Below, piece after piece: positions 52,330 through 60,816 of a DNA stretch of 64,000 bases; position 1 is the stretch's first letter, and each line of letters begins with the position of its first letter. The stretch lies in assembly GCA_963737265.1 (NCBI GenBank), contig CAVTRY010000022.1:362973-426972 (forward strand). The letters are read 5' to 3'. The notes beneath the pieces were generated by a model. It searched no databases. It was not told the DNA's origin and saw only the letters and a program-made list of their open reading frames with translations. The position numbers were made by a program, and so were the translations under genes. Source of the DNA: an uncultured delta proteobacterium. GTDB taxonomy: Bacteria > Myxococcota_A > Polyangia > Fen-1088.

Positions 52330-52450
52330 CCCTTTGGGTCATTCGCGACCGGAGCGGCCCCAGCAGAAGGTCCGGCCACGTCCGTTATCCCCCCGAAACC
52401 GACCAACGTCTGCTTCAGGGGCACATGTCGCGACGGGCCAAAAGGCCACC
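52330..52450 (+). repeat. Rhizobiales-type intergenic mosaic repeat, copy 1
   Basis: TTTGGGTCA...GTCCGTTATCCCCC...CGGGCCAA frame shared with 54255-54375. Confidence 0.45.
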
Positions 52451-52746
52451 TGAGCAGGTGCAACTCAATTGTCGAAATCTGCTGGCCCACGGCACTTGTG
52501 CGTGCGCGGATCGCGATAACGTCCGCGTCCGCAGCCTCCGATGCCTTCGTTTGGCAGGGGCGAATTGTAAGTCGGGACAGCGACGCGGGAACCTGGAAGC
52601 CCCTCGTGCATGTTAGTGCCGCCTTTGCCCAGCGTTTCAATTGGAACGAAGGATACAAAAATCAACAGCAGCGGCAGATAGAGAAGGAATTGATGAGCCG
52701 TGTTTGTGGAAGCTGTCCGGTCTAACCTCATTGGACGCCCCGCTTC

Positions 52747-53744
52747 TCATCGGTTCAACAGCGGCTTGCCGAACAGTGACGGGACCAGGTCGTCGAGAAA
52801 TAGAAGCAGCTGCGTTCTAACGCCCACGCCGTGCCCCGACACCGCGTTGAGCGGCAGCACCGCTTCGACGGCGAACTGCCAGGTGGTCGCCACATAGGCG
52901 ACGCCAGGGCTCATGTTGGCGATTGTTTCTTGTCCACGAGGGCTGTCGAACGCGAACTCGACGAGTGGCACAAACTGATTGAGCGGCTCTTGCTTTGGCG
53001 GGCCGCCGGTGAAGCGCGGTGTCAAATAATAGGTGCTGTACTGGATTGAAAAGCCCCAATGCAGGATCGGGACGTTTTCGAAAGGTAGCGGAATGAGCGC
53101 CGAACCAGTGTTGTTTATGCCAAGGATGGTGGATAGCGAGACGGCTGGTACGTCGACTGCGAACTCGCCCGTGACGGCAAACGGACGCAGCCAGCTTAGA
53201 TTGTCCGGAAGATCGCCAAAGCCTTTGCCGAAATAGAAAGCAGGCCGAAAGGTGTCAGCTTCTATGGCACCAACCGCAGGCGCTCCCGACCCGCCGATCC
53301 CCAACTCGATTCCGCCGAAAGCAACACTTCATGCGGATCGCTCTCGTATAGCAGGCCCTTTAGTGAAACCGTCGTGGTGTCGAAGCCGTTGCGTTGTAGC
53401 TCTGGCCAATCGCGATGAGCGAAGCCGCTATCCACGACAATGGCGAGGTTTGGCACCAGCAGCCGCATAAGCTCCCAACTAACGCCCTGGTCCGTTACTG
53501 CGCTGCCGTCTGCGGCTCGCTTGTTCACCCACGACGGCGTGACGGCAAGCTCATCCGAGACTGCCGGATCATCAAACGAGAGCGTTCCTGGGAAAAGACG
53601 GTTTCCTGCGATGCCGTGTGCGGCTGCCACAGAACAGGTCAGCACCACTACAGCGGCGATGCAGAAGGCCGCTAGTCGAATATAAGCGAGCGGAACGCTT
53701 CCGTCCTGCGCGAACGCGCACGCGAAACGATGCTGGGCAACCAT
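52747..53744 (-). CDS. exported protein, putative outer-membrane beta-barrel/metal-related (frameshift ~53305)
   Basis: Signal peptide followed by His at mature N-terminus (AAAHGIAGNRLFPGTL.FDDPAV); alternating beta-strand pattern. Confidence 0.65.
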
Positions 53745-53809
53745 GATAAACCCATGCCTCTACGTATCCAAACAGCGCGCACGGCCTCGATAAGCCGGGG
53801 CAATACGGT

Positions 53810-54187
53810 TCAGACCGGAGGCAGGGATTTTGGTGGACGATCCAGGCGCGCGGGATGCCAGCTAACGAGCGCAATTAACTCGGGCAGAGACACCGACACC
53901 TCCGCCGTTTCAACCAGCGCCATGCTAACGGCATAGGGCAGAGGCGCGGTCAACGAATGCAGCGCGCAGCACTGATCGTGGAGATCAATGACACCGTGGT
54001 GGTGGTCGGCATCAGGTTGCACAGTGCTGCTCGCCAGCCGAACGTGAAAGTGTCTGGCGACCGGGGTCGTCTCGTAGATATTGAGCGTGTGGTCGTAGAT
54101 CAGGGGTACAACGCCTGCGACTTGGGCAATGATGTAGAGCCCAAGCAGCCACCTCCGTAACATGCGGACCCGGACGAACGACATCAT
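53810..54187 (-). CDS. His/Cys-rich leader ORF with C-terminal RPP (CruR/CutF/DUF2946-like)
   Basis: N-terminal TM, DADHHHGVIDLHDQCCALH, C-terminal LDRPPKSLPPV. Confidence 0.6.
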   Translation of the reverse strand: MMSFVRVRMLRRWLLGLYIIAQVAGVVPLIYDHTLNIYETTPVARHFHVRLASSTVQPDADHHHGVIDLHDQCCALHSLTAPLPYAVSMALVETAEVSVSLPELIALVSWHPARLDRPPKSLPPV

Positions 54188-54254
54188 CCACCCGGCGATG
54201 CGGCCCCGTTGAGCGCGTATCATACCATTTGTTGCGGCACCTCGATACTGTGAT

Positions 54255-54375
54255 TTGTCCGCTGTGGGTCATCACCGCCGGATTGACAATGTCCGCGCAA
54301 TGTCTGCTTCGCCCCCAACTCCGGTCGAATTGATGCAGCGCGGCGAACGGTAGAAACGGGCCAACGGGAGACATA
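54255..54375 (+). repeat. Rhizobiales-type intergenic mosaic repeat, copy 2
   Basis: GTCCGCTGTGGGTCA...TGTCTGCTTCGCCCCC...CGGGCCAA. Confidence 0.45.
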
Positions 54376-54405
54376 CCCTGTCAATAAAGTTGCCCGCCCG
54401 GTGAA

Positions 54406-55257
54406 CTAATCGAGATGGGCGGCAACCTCGACGGCGTCATCGCCGGAAACGGCTGTGAAGGTGAGTGTCGCACCCTCGGCGTAGGCGCCAGGTGGCTGGC
54501 CGTCGAGCTCGAACGTGAAGTGCCGCATTGTCGCTTCGATGCCCGTCTCCTCCGGCAGCGGCAGTGACCAATCGGGAGTCGGTCCCTCGACGAAAAGATC
54601 AACCGCTGCGCGCTCGGGTGCGGCGACCTCGACCACGACGCGCCCGTGCGCGGCGCCCGGTTCGCGACGCACGGAGAGAATAGCAAGACGTTCGCCGGCG
54701 CCGAGCGCGACGCGCCGCGGCACGCGCATCTCCGCCTTCTCGATCGCCGTCTCCTCGGCGCCTTCCCCTGTGAGCGAGAGTTGCAGCTTGGCTTCGGCCG
54801 GCACGCACAGATTTGCGCACACGGCATAGGCGAGCTTCAGGTGCACCGACGCTGGCTTGGCCGCGTCGCTTGGAATGACCCGCAGCGGGAAGATGATATC
54901 GCCCATATACCCGATCGAATGGCCGCCTGCGCCGTCGGGGAACCGCTCCGGCGCAGGCCATAGCACAGTCACCGCTTTCACGTTCTCCGAGCCGGCGAAA
55001 TCCAGCGTCGGCGGAACGCCGGAATCTCCAGGATCGCGCCAATAGGTCTCCCAGCCGGGGTCGAGCCTGATCTCGACACCCGCGCGCAGATACGCCGCGT
55101 CAGCAGTCGTGATCATCGACCCGGCGATGAGTCGCGCCTCCGAATGGATGTCCGCATCCCAGGCGGAGGTGTCCTGCGCCCGCGCGGCCGGTATGCCCGA
55201 AAAGGCAGACAGAGTAACAAATGCAATTATTACTCGAGGAGGCGCCGCGTCAGGCAT
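54406..55257 (-). CDS. DsbD N-terminal-like periplasmic protein
   Basis: Signal peptide; GW.TYWRDPGDSG.PP, WPAP.RF, AVCANLCVP. Confidence 0.85.
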   Translation of the reverse strand: MPDAAPPRVIIAFVTLSAFSGIPAARAQDTSAWDADIHSEARLIAGSMITTADAAYLRAGVEIRLDPGWETYWRDPGDSGVPPTLDFAGSENVKAVTVLWPAPERFPDGAGGHSIGYMGDIIFPLRVIPSDAAKPASVHLKLAYAVCANLCVPAEAKLQLSLTGEGAEETAIEKAEMRVPRRVALGAGERLAILSVRREPGAAHGRVVVEVAAPERAAVDLFVEGPTPDWSLPLPEETGIEATMRHFTFELDGQPPGAYAEGATLTFTAVSGDDAVEVAAHLD

Positions 55258-55348
55258 CGTTGCTGTCTAGGGTGAAGCCGACGCACGCGCCACTGAAATG
55301 ATCGTGACTGTGTTCATGGGGTCCTCGATTTGCGCATCACGCAATACG

Positions 55349-56059
55349 TCAGCATTTCGCAACGATGAACGGACTGATTTCGCTCGGGTCGGCGAAGATC
55401 GCATCAGCGCGATCACCCATCATCCCAGCAGCAACCAATCCAGGCGCTCCTTTTTCCGGCCCATTCTCACTGCTGTCGATCATCAAGCGAAGATTGCGCT
55501 CCCAAAAAGTACGCGTCTTACCATCGGCGGTAGTCACCCGATAGGTGTCGCGGCAAAAACTGATGGCTTGAACGTGATGTTCCGGGCCAGCTGTCTTCAG
55601 ATTGAGATCGGCACCGCCCATCATCATTCCGCCCATTTGCCCGTCCTGACGAGCCGCTTGCGACGGCGCGTGTCCCGGTTGTGTCGCTTGCTTAAGAAAC
55701 GCCAACAGGTCGGCGCGCTGCCGATCGTCCTTGATGCCCTGGAACGTCATGTCATTGTTAGGAATGAGATGCTGAGGATCATTGATCCAGTCGTCGAGGG
55801 TTTTGTCGTTCCAGACGACGCTCGAAGATTTCAGCGCGGACGAATAGCGCGGAAAGCTCGCCAAACCTCCAGCCTTGCGGTTCCAAAGTTCTGCCAGGCT
55901 CGGCCCGGTCATGCTGCGATTCAACTCCAACGAATGGCATGCCGCACAAGCGTTGAAAACGCGCTGGCCTCGGACGGGGTTACCGTCGGCAGCGATTGCT
56001 CGTGGGGCGATTACCAGCAAAGCAAGAGCCGTAAGTGCGACTATTTGTGAGCCGTTCAT
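55349..56059 (-). CDS. cytochrome c (c2-like) with extra C-terminal domain
   Basis: Signal peptide, CAACH, GPSL, YS.ALK...W, P..LIP..M; C-terminal FWERNLR..IDSS..GP domain. Confidence 0.9.
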   Translation of the reverse strand: MNGSQIVALTALALLVIAPRAIAADGNPVRGQRVFNACAACHSLELNRSMTGPSLAELWNRKAGGLASFPRYSSALKSSSVVWNDKTLDDWINDPQHLIPNNDMTFQGIKDDRQRADLLAFLKQATQPGHAPSQAARQDGQMGGMMMGGADLNLKTAGPEHHVQAISFCRDTYRVTTADGKTRTFWERNLRLMIDSSENGPEKGAPGLVAAGMMGDRADAIFADPSEISPFIVAKC

Positions 56060-56130
56060 GATTGTTCTCCGGCGGTGACAAGAATGAGCGCGCAAGCGCG
56101 CGAGCAAAGCTCGCGTGTCGCACCGTCAAA

Positions 56131-56469
56131 TTAAAATTGGAACTGGACCGGAGGAGGACGAGTCGGGGGGCTACTTACGTGTGTATGTATCGCGTCCCTC
56201 ACAAAGGATGCGCGAGCATCGTCAACTACGAGCAGCATAGTGACGACCATTACGGGAAGAACGACGCCCACAAAACTGATACATTTAAATGCGCACTCAA
56301 TGGAACCCTTACTATCATCAGGAGGACAGCAAGGCATCGCCGCATGATCGGGCATCGCGGGCATCGACATTTCAACGGGCTTTGTGGAAACGGTGGCCTC
56401 CGCACTTGCCGGCACCATGACCACGGAAAGGGCAATTAGGGCGGCCTGGAATGTGCGGAGAATGTGCAT
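56131..56469 (-). CDS. CutF-like leader protein (signal peptide, CxxxC, C-terminal Pro-rich/RPP)
   Basis: MHILRTFQAALIALSVVMVPASAEA...MPCC...ECAFKC...SSPPTRPPP. Confidence 0.65.
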   Translation of the reverse strand: MHILRTFQAALIALSVVMVPASAEATVSTKPVEMSMPAMPDHAAMPCCPPDDSKGSIECAFKCISFVGVVLPVMVVTMLLVVDDARASFVRDAIHTHVSSPPTRPPPVQFQF

Positions 56470-56861
56470 GCCGGGAACTATCGGGCGATACCAAGTGAAG
56501 GTCAACTGCCAGGCACAAGCGCCCCTTCAGTAGCATCTGGCCCTTTCAATTCTCAAAATCTTGACGGGATGCTGCCGGCTCTGATGCTGGCCGGCTCCAT
56601 GCATACGGGCGCGATCCAGAATACGCCCCCGGTCGGCGCCGGCAACGAGACCATGGCATGATTAAGCATTCTACGGTTGCTTGCCCAAACTGCGGGCATC
56701 GGACAACCGAACAAATGGCTGATGCCTGCCAGTTCTTTTGTGACCGTAAAGGGTGCGGTTTAAACCGCTGCCGGGTGATTGCGGCATATGCGGCTGTCGC
56801 GCGAGAAGCTCTTACGAACGCATAACCGGGAACGGCCGCTCAAGCCCGCCCGGCGCTGGCT

Positions 56862-57557
56862 CTACGATCCACACCCGCGCCTGGCAAGCCCGGTAATGTA
56901 ATCTCGCAGGGCCACTTCATCGCCGGACGGCGAGAAACACACGCGTTTGTCAGCCAGTCCTCCCTCACCGCATTTCTCGGCCAACTGCAGCATCAGGTGC
57001 TTGCATGAACTTTGCATCGCCGCCCGACGGCACGTGGCCTGCTGCACGCTTGTGGCGCTCTTGCATTCGGCGTTGCTATCGCATGCGGCGTGCGTGCACG
57101 CAGTCACTAACTCGTACGCCGTTCCGCAGCCAGGCGCGAGACTGTCCAAGCATCCGCGCACGTTTGCTTTGGGAAGCGCATTCTTGCGAGTGATAAACGG
57201 TCCGTGCACGGTAGCGCTGTCCGGCGTGAATACGCATTGCGCACAGGCGCTATTCGCCGTCTTCCACGCCGCACAGTTACCGCTTGATTCGAAACAGGCG
57301 CCGAAGAGCCGGTCCAGTGCTGCTTGCGAGCACGCTCCTTGTGCTGTTGGCATAGGTGAGTATTCGGCGAGCGGCTTCGATGCTCCGACGTCGCTGGGAA
57401 CGCAAGCGGCGGGTGTCGAAGATGCTGTCGACCCATTATCCGCGCTGTGGCTGCTCGTCGCGGGTTGGGACGTCTTACGACCGGAACCACCCACGACCAC
57501 CGCGAGCATGCTGATCGTTACGACGACCAGCATCGCAGCATTGCGTTCGCAATTCAT
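56862..57557 (-). CDS. Cys-rich exported protein
   Basis: N-terminal hydrophobic segment, Ser/Thr linker, many Cys (C..GAC..C..C.QC..GC..GC..AC..AC..C). Confidence 0.7.
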   Translation of the reverse strand: MNCERNAAMLVVVTISMLAVVVGGSGRKTSQPATSSHSADNGSTASSTPAACVPSDVGASKPLAEYSPMPTAQGACSQAALDRLFGACFESSGNCAAWKTANSACAQCVFTPDSATVHGPFITRKNALPKANVRGCLDSLAPGCGTAYELVTACTHAACDSNAECKSATSVQQATCRRAAMQSSCKHLMLQLAEKCGEGGLADKRVCFSPSGDEVALRDYITGLARRGCGS

Positions 57558-57656
57558 GGACACGGCATTCGCTTACTCCGGGTGGGCACCGATCATTGAC
57601 TGACCTCTTCCCGGGGCAGCGGCTTCAACCAATGCGTAGGTTTCGTGCTCCCGATG

Positions 57657-58010
57657 TCACTCCTCGTTCTCCTCCGAAGGAAACTCGCACACATGTGCGA
57701 CCAAGTCGGTGACGATGCAGCGCACACGGTCATCGACAAGCGAGTAAATGATCTGCTTGCCGCTGCGGGTCGAGCGCAACAGGCGTGCGGCGCGCAGCAG
57801 TCGGAGATGATGACTTACCAGCGAACGCGGCATGCCGACGCGGATCGCGATTTCGCCGACGGAGCCAAGTTGAGTCAGGCACGCGAGTAGGATGCGCAGT
57901 CGCGACGGTTCGCCGAGCATGCGCAGAATTTCCGCCGCCTCGGTGAGTTGTTCGTCGATTAATCCGGGGATTTCCTCCGGAATTGCTTTCGTGACAACAC
58001 GCATTGTCAT
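57657..58010 (-). CDS. ArsR/SmtB family metal-responsive repressor
   Basis: LRMLGEPSRLRIL...VGEIA...SLVSHHLRLLR...R.GKQIIYSL.D; divergent from RND operon. Confidence 0.92.
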   Translation of the reverse strand: MTMRVVTKAIPEEIPGLIDEQLTEAAEILRMLGEPSRLRILLACLTQLGSVGEIAIRVGMPRSLVSHHLRLLRAARLLRSTRSGKQIIYSLVDDRVRCIVTDLVAHVCEFPSEENEE

Positions 58011-58078
58011 GTTAGTATGTTTCCAGATTTCTGAGGCGATGACAAGATGGTGCGAAAACGCTGCGCATCCGGGCACCC

Positions 58079-59566
58079 GTGAAGGTGTGGGGTATGTCCG
58101 CGGGTTTGCGACACAACGCTTCAGGCGTTACCGGGAAATGCGACACGTGGTTCGCCGATCTCCCAAGCGTCCTAAGACAGGTTGCGACCCAGATCGGAAC
58201 AGCCGGCGCAACGTGCCCCTTCTTCGCGGCGCTTGCGATTATTCTGTGCGGATGTGCACAGCTCGACTACTCGGCCGAAAGCACCGCTTCCTCACAGGAG
58301 CTTCTGACAACCGGTAACGTGTCTCGCCCAATCGGCGATAGTGCGCTCGATTCAGATCAGCCACGACGCACCGCGATAGCTCTTCGCGACCGTTCGCTGA
58401 GTCTGGGAGCCGCATTAGCGCTCGTGCAAGCCGAGAATGCGGATCTGATCGCGAGTGCAGCCGGGGTCGCGGCAGTCGGGGCCCGGCAGATCGACGCGGG
58501 AAAGCTAACCAACCCCCAAGCCGACATCTACGTGGAGGATATTGGCTTCCGCCCCGAAACACAGACCACCCTGCAGCTGAGCCAGGCGCTGCCGCTGACG
58601 GCAAAGCTCGCCCACCAACAGGCTGTTGCGCGCGGCCAGCACGACGTAGCCCAACGAGAAGCCGATGTCCGCCGCCTTGAGATATATGGCGAGACGGCGC
58701 GCACGTTCATTGCCTTGCTAATCGCTCAGCGGCGTGCCGCGCTCGCCAACGACCAACTGACTCTCGTGAAGCGGCTGTCCGCCGCCGAAGAGGCGCGGGT
58801 CGAAGCCGGCCAGAGAGCCCCTTACGAGCGCAGCCGCGCGGTGGCGGCCTTGGCGGAGGCGCAGCTGCGCGTCGAGGAAGTCCATCGCGACATCCAGGTG
58901 CTTCGCCAACGCCTCGCATCCTTCTGGAACGGAGACGTGAGGTCGTTCCGCGAGGTCAGTGGTAATCTTGGCCGCGTTCCTGCAATCCCGGCATTGCCGG
59001 TACTACTCGCGCGGCTCGACGGCAGCCCCGAGGTCGTCCGGGTCGCTGCCGAGATAGCGCTCCGGCGTTCGGCCCTGGCGCTCGAAAGAGCAAAGTCGAC
59101 ACCTGACATCGTGGTCACTGGCGGCATCCGCCGGCACGAGGAGTTCGGCAACTATGCGGCCGTCGCCGGCCTATCGATGCCTCTCCCAATCATCAATCAT
59201 AACGAAAGCGGCATCGCCGAAGCGGCGTACAGGCGACAACAGGCAGAGCTTGAACTCACTGCCGTGAGGCGCCGCGTAAAGGCCATTGTCAGCGAGGATT
59301 TTGAACGGCTGACGGCTACGGCCGCCGAGATCGAAGCGTTGCAAAAGACCCTCATTCCTGCCTTGGAGAATGCAATTTCAGCAGTCCGCGAAGGATATGA
59401 GGCTCACAAATTTCCGCTGTCAGAACTGCTGATCGCCGAGCAATCATTGGGCGCGTTGCGCGAGAAGCAGGCGACGACACTCGGCACCTATCACCAGGAT
59501 TATGTTGATCTTGAGCAGCTGCTTGGCGGCGAGTTCTACGGCCAACCTATCCAAAAGCCACGCTGA
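58079..59566 (+). CDS. czcC: TolC/CzcC-family outer membrane efflux lipoprotein (start uncertain)
   Basis: Lipobox IILCGC; NP.., LSQALPL, PD....G, LSMPLPI..N.G.I repeats; long helices. Confidence 0.85.
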   Translation: MKVWGMSAGLRHNASGVTGKCDTWFADLPSVLRQVATQIGTAGATCPFFAALAIILCGCAQLDYSAESTASSQELLTTGNVSRPIGDSALDSDQPRRTAIALRDRSLSLGAALALVQAENADLIASAAGVAAVGARQIDAGKLTNPQADIYVEDIGFRPETQTTLQLSQALPLTAKLAHQQAVARGQHDVAQREADVRRLEIYGETARTFIALLIAQRRAALANDQLTLVKRLSAAEEARVEAGQRAPYERSRAVAALAEAQLRVEEVHRDIQVLRQRLASFWNGDVRSFREVSGNLGRVPAIPALPVLLARLDGSPEVVRVAAEIALRRSALALERAKSTPDIVVTGGIRRHEEFGNYAAVAGLSMPLPIINHNESGIAEAAYRRQQAELELTAVRRRVKAIVSEDFERLTATAAEIEALQKTLIPALENAISAVREGYEAHKFPLSELLIAEQSLGALREKQATTLGTYHQDYVDLEQLLGGEFYGQPIQKPR

Positions 59567-60783
59567 TGCGGACCTGGGGCATTCTCTTCCTCTTGTTGAT
59601 CGGTGCGACAGCAGGCGCGTTGCTGCAGAAGCCCCTTTCCCGACTGCTGCCTGCTCCGGTTGGCCAGAGCGCGGAACTCAGGAGCGACGAAAAGGGCGGC
59701 AGCGAACCGAAGGAGCCTCCCCGCTCGAAGGACAAGCGGATGATTTCTGTCGATCCTGACATCGCGAAGCTGTTGGGAATAGAGATTGCTACGGCAGAAC
59801 CGGGCGTCATGCCGACCGAGGTCCGGGTCACCGGCACCATCGGATTCAATGAAGACAAGCTGGCCCGTATCGTTCCGCGTGCTGCCGGAGTGGTGCGCCG
59901 CGTTCTCAAGAACGTTGGCGACCAGGTCGAGGCCGGAGAGGTGCTTGCTACCCTTGAAAGCAAGGACGTTGCCGACGCGAAGGCCGGTTATCTGGCCGCC
60001 AAGGACAAATTGAGCTTGGCCGAAACGACGTTCAGTCGGGAGGACACGCTTTTCAACAAGGGCGTCTCTTCCGAACAGGACCGCATCAATGCCCGGCGAG
60101 CCTTGGCGCAGGCGCGCAGTGACATGCGGAGTGCGACCCAGAGCCTGCTAACGCTAGGATTTCGCGACGCCGATTTGGAGCGACTTGGGATCGAACCCAT
60201 CGATCTGAGCCGCGTCGATATCATGGCTCCGTTCGCCGGCGAAGTGATCGAGAAGCACATCTTTACGGGCGAATACCTGCCACAGGACCGCGAGGTGTTC
60301 GCCGTGGCCGATCTCGACGTGGTCTGGGTGCATCTCCTGATTAGCCTCGACAAACTGAAAGACACCGCCGTCGAAGCGCCGGTGAAAATCACCGACGGCC
60401 ATGGTTTGAGCGCAGAGGCGAAAATCGGCTACGTTGCACCGATCATCTCCAACGAGACCCGGGCCGCGCTGGCGCGCGTCGACCTTCCCAATCCCAAACA
60501 TTCGTGGCGGCCTGGCACGGTCGTGGAGGCCACAATCGAAGGGCCTGCAGCACCTGCCGCTATTGTTGTGCCGAACGCCGCGATTCAAACCGTCCAGGGC
60601 CGGCCGAGCGTATTTTTGCCCGCCGAGGGCGGATTTCGGGTTCAAACGGTCAAACTTGGCCGGTCCAACGCACAGCAGACCGAAATCATCAAGGGTCTGA
60701 ACACCGGCGACAAAGTCGCGACCGGCCAAACGTTCGCGCTCAAGTCCGAACTGGAAAAGGGTGCCGGAGAGGACAATGACTGA
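59566..60783 (+). CDS. czcB: RND periplasmic adaptor (CzcB-like)
   Basis: VPRAAGVV...VGDQVEAGEVLA, APFAGEVIE, VADLDVVWV, WRPG, VP.AAIQ. Confidence 0.9.
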   Translation: MRTWGILFLLLIGATAGALLQKPLSRLLPAPVGQSAELRSDEKGGSEPKEPPRSKDKRMISVDPDIAKLLGIEIATAEPGVMPTEVRVTGTIGFNEDKLARIVPRAAGVVRRVLKNVGDQVEAGEVLATLESKDVADAKAGYLAAKDKLSLAETTFSREDTLFNKGVSSEQDRINARRALAQARSDMRSATQSLLTLGFRDADLERLGIEPIDLSRVDIMAPFAGEVIEKHIFTGEYLPQDREVFAVADLDVVWVHLLISLDKLKDTAVEAPVKITDGHGLSAEAKIGYVAPIISNETRAALARVDLPNPKHSWRPGTVVEATIEGPAAPAAIVVPNAAIQTVQGRPSVFLPAEGGFRVQTVKLGRSNAQQTEIIKGLNTGDKVATGQTFALKSELEKGAGEDND

Positions 60784-60816
60784 TCGTCGGCGGTCTCAAT
60801 CCGAGGGAGGCGCGCG

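Noticed and set aside
4810-53744. Many split genes suggesting programmed frameshifting or mass pseudogenisation
   Set aside because: Single-base indels occur in every segment and gene class without shared slippery sites or in-frame stop accumulation, consistent with long-read indel error.
56464-56661. Possible transposase C-terminal remnant
   Set aside because: Too short and no terminal inverted repeats or catalytic motif recognisable.
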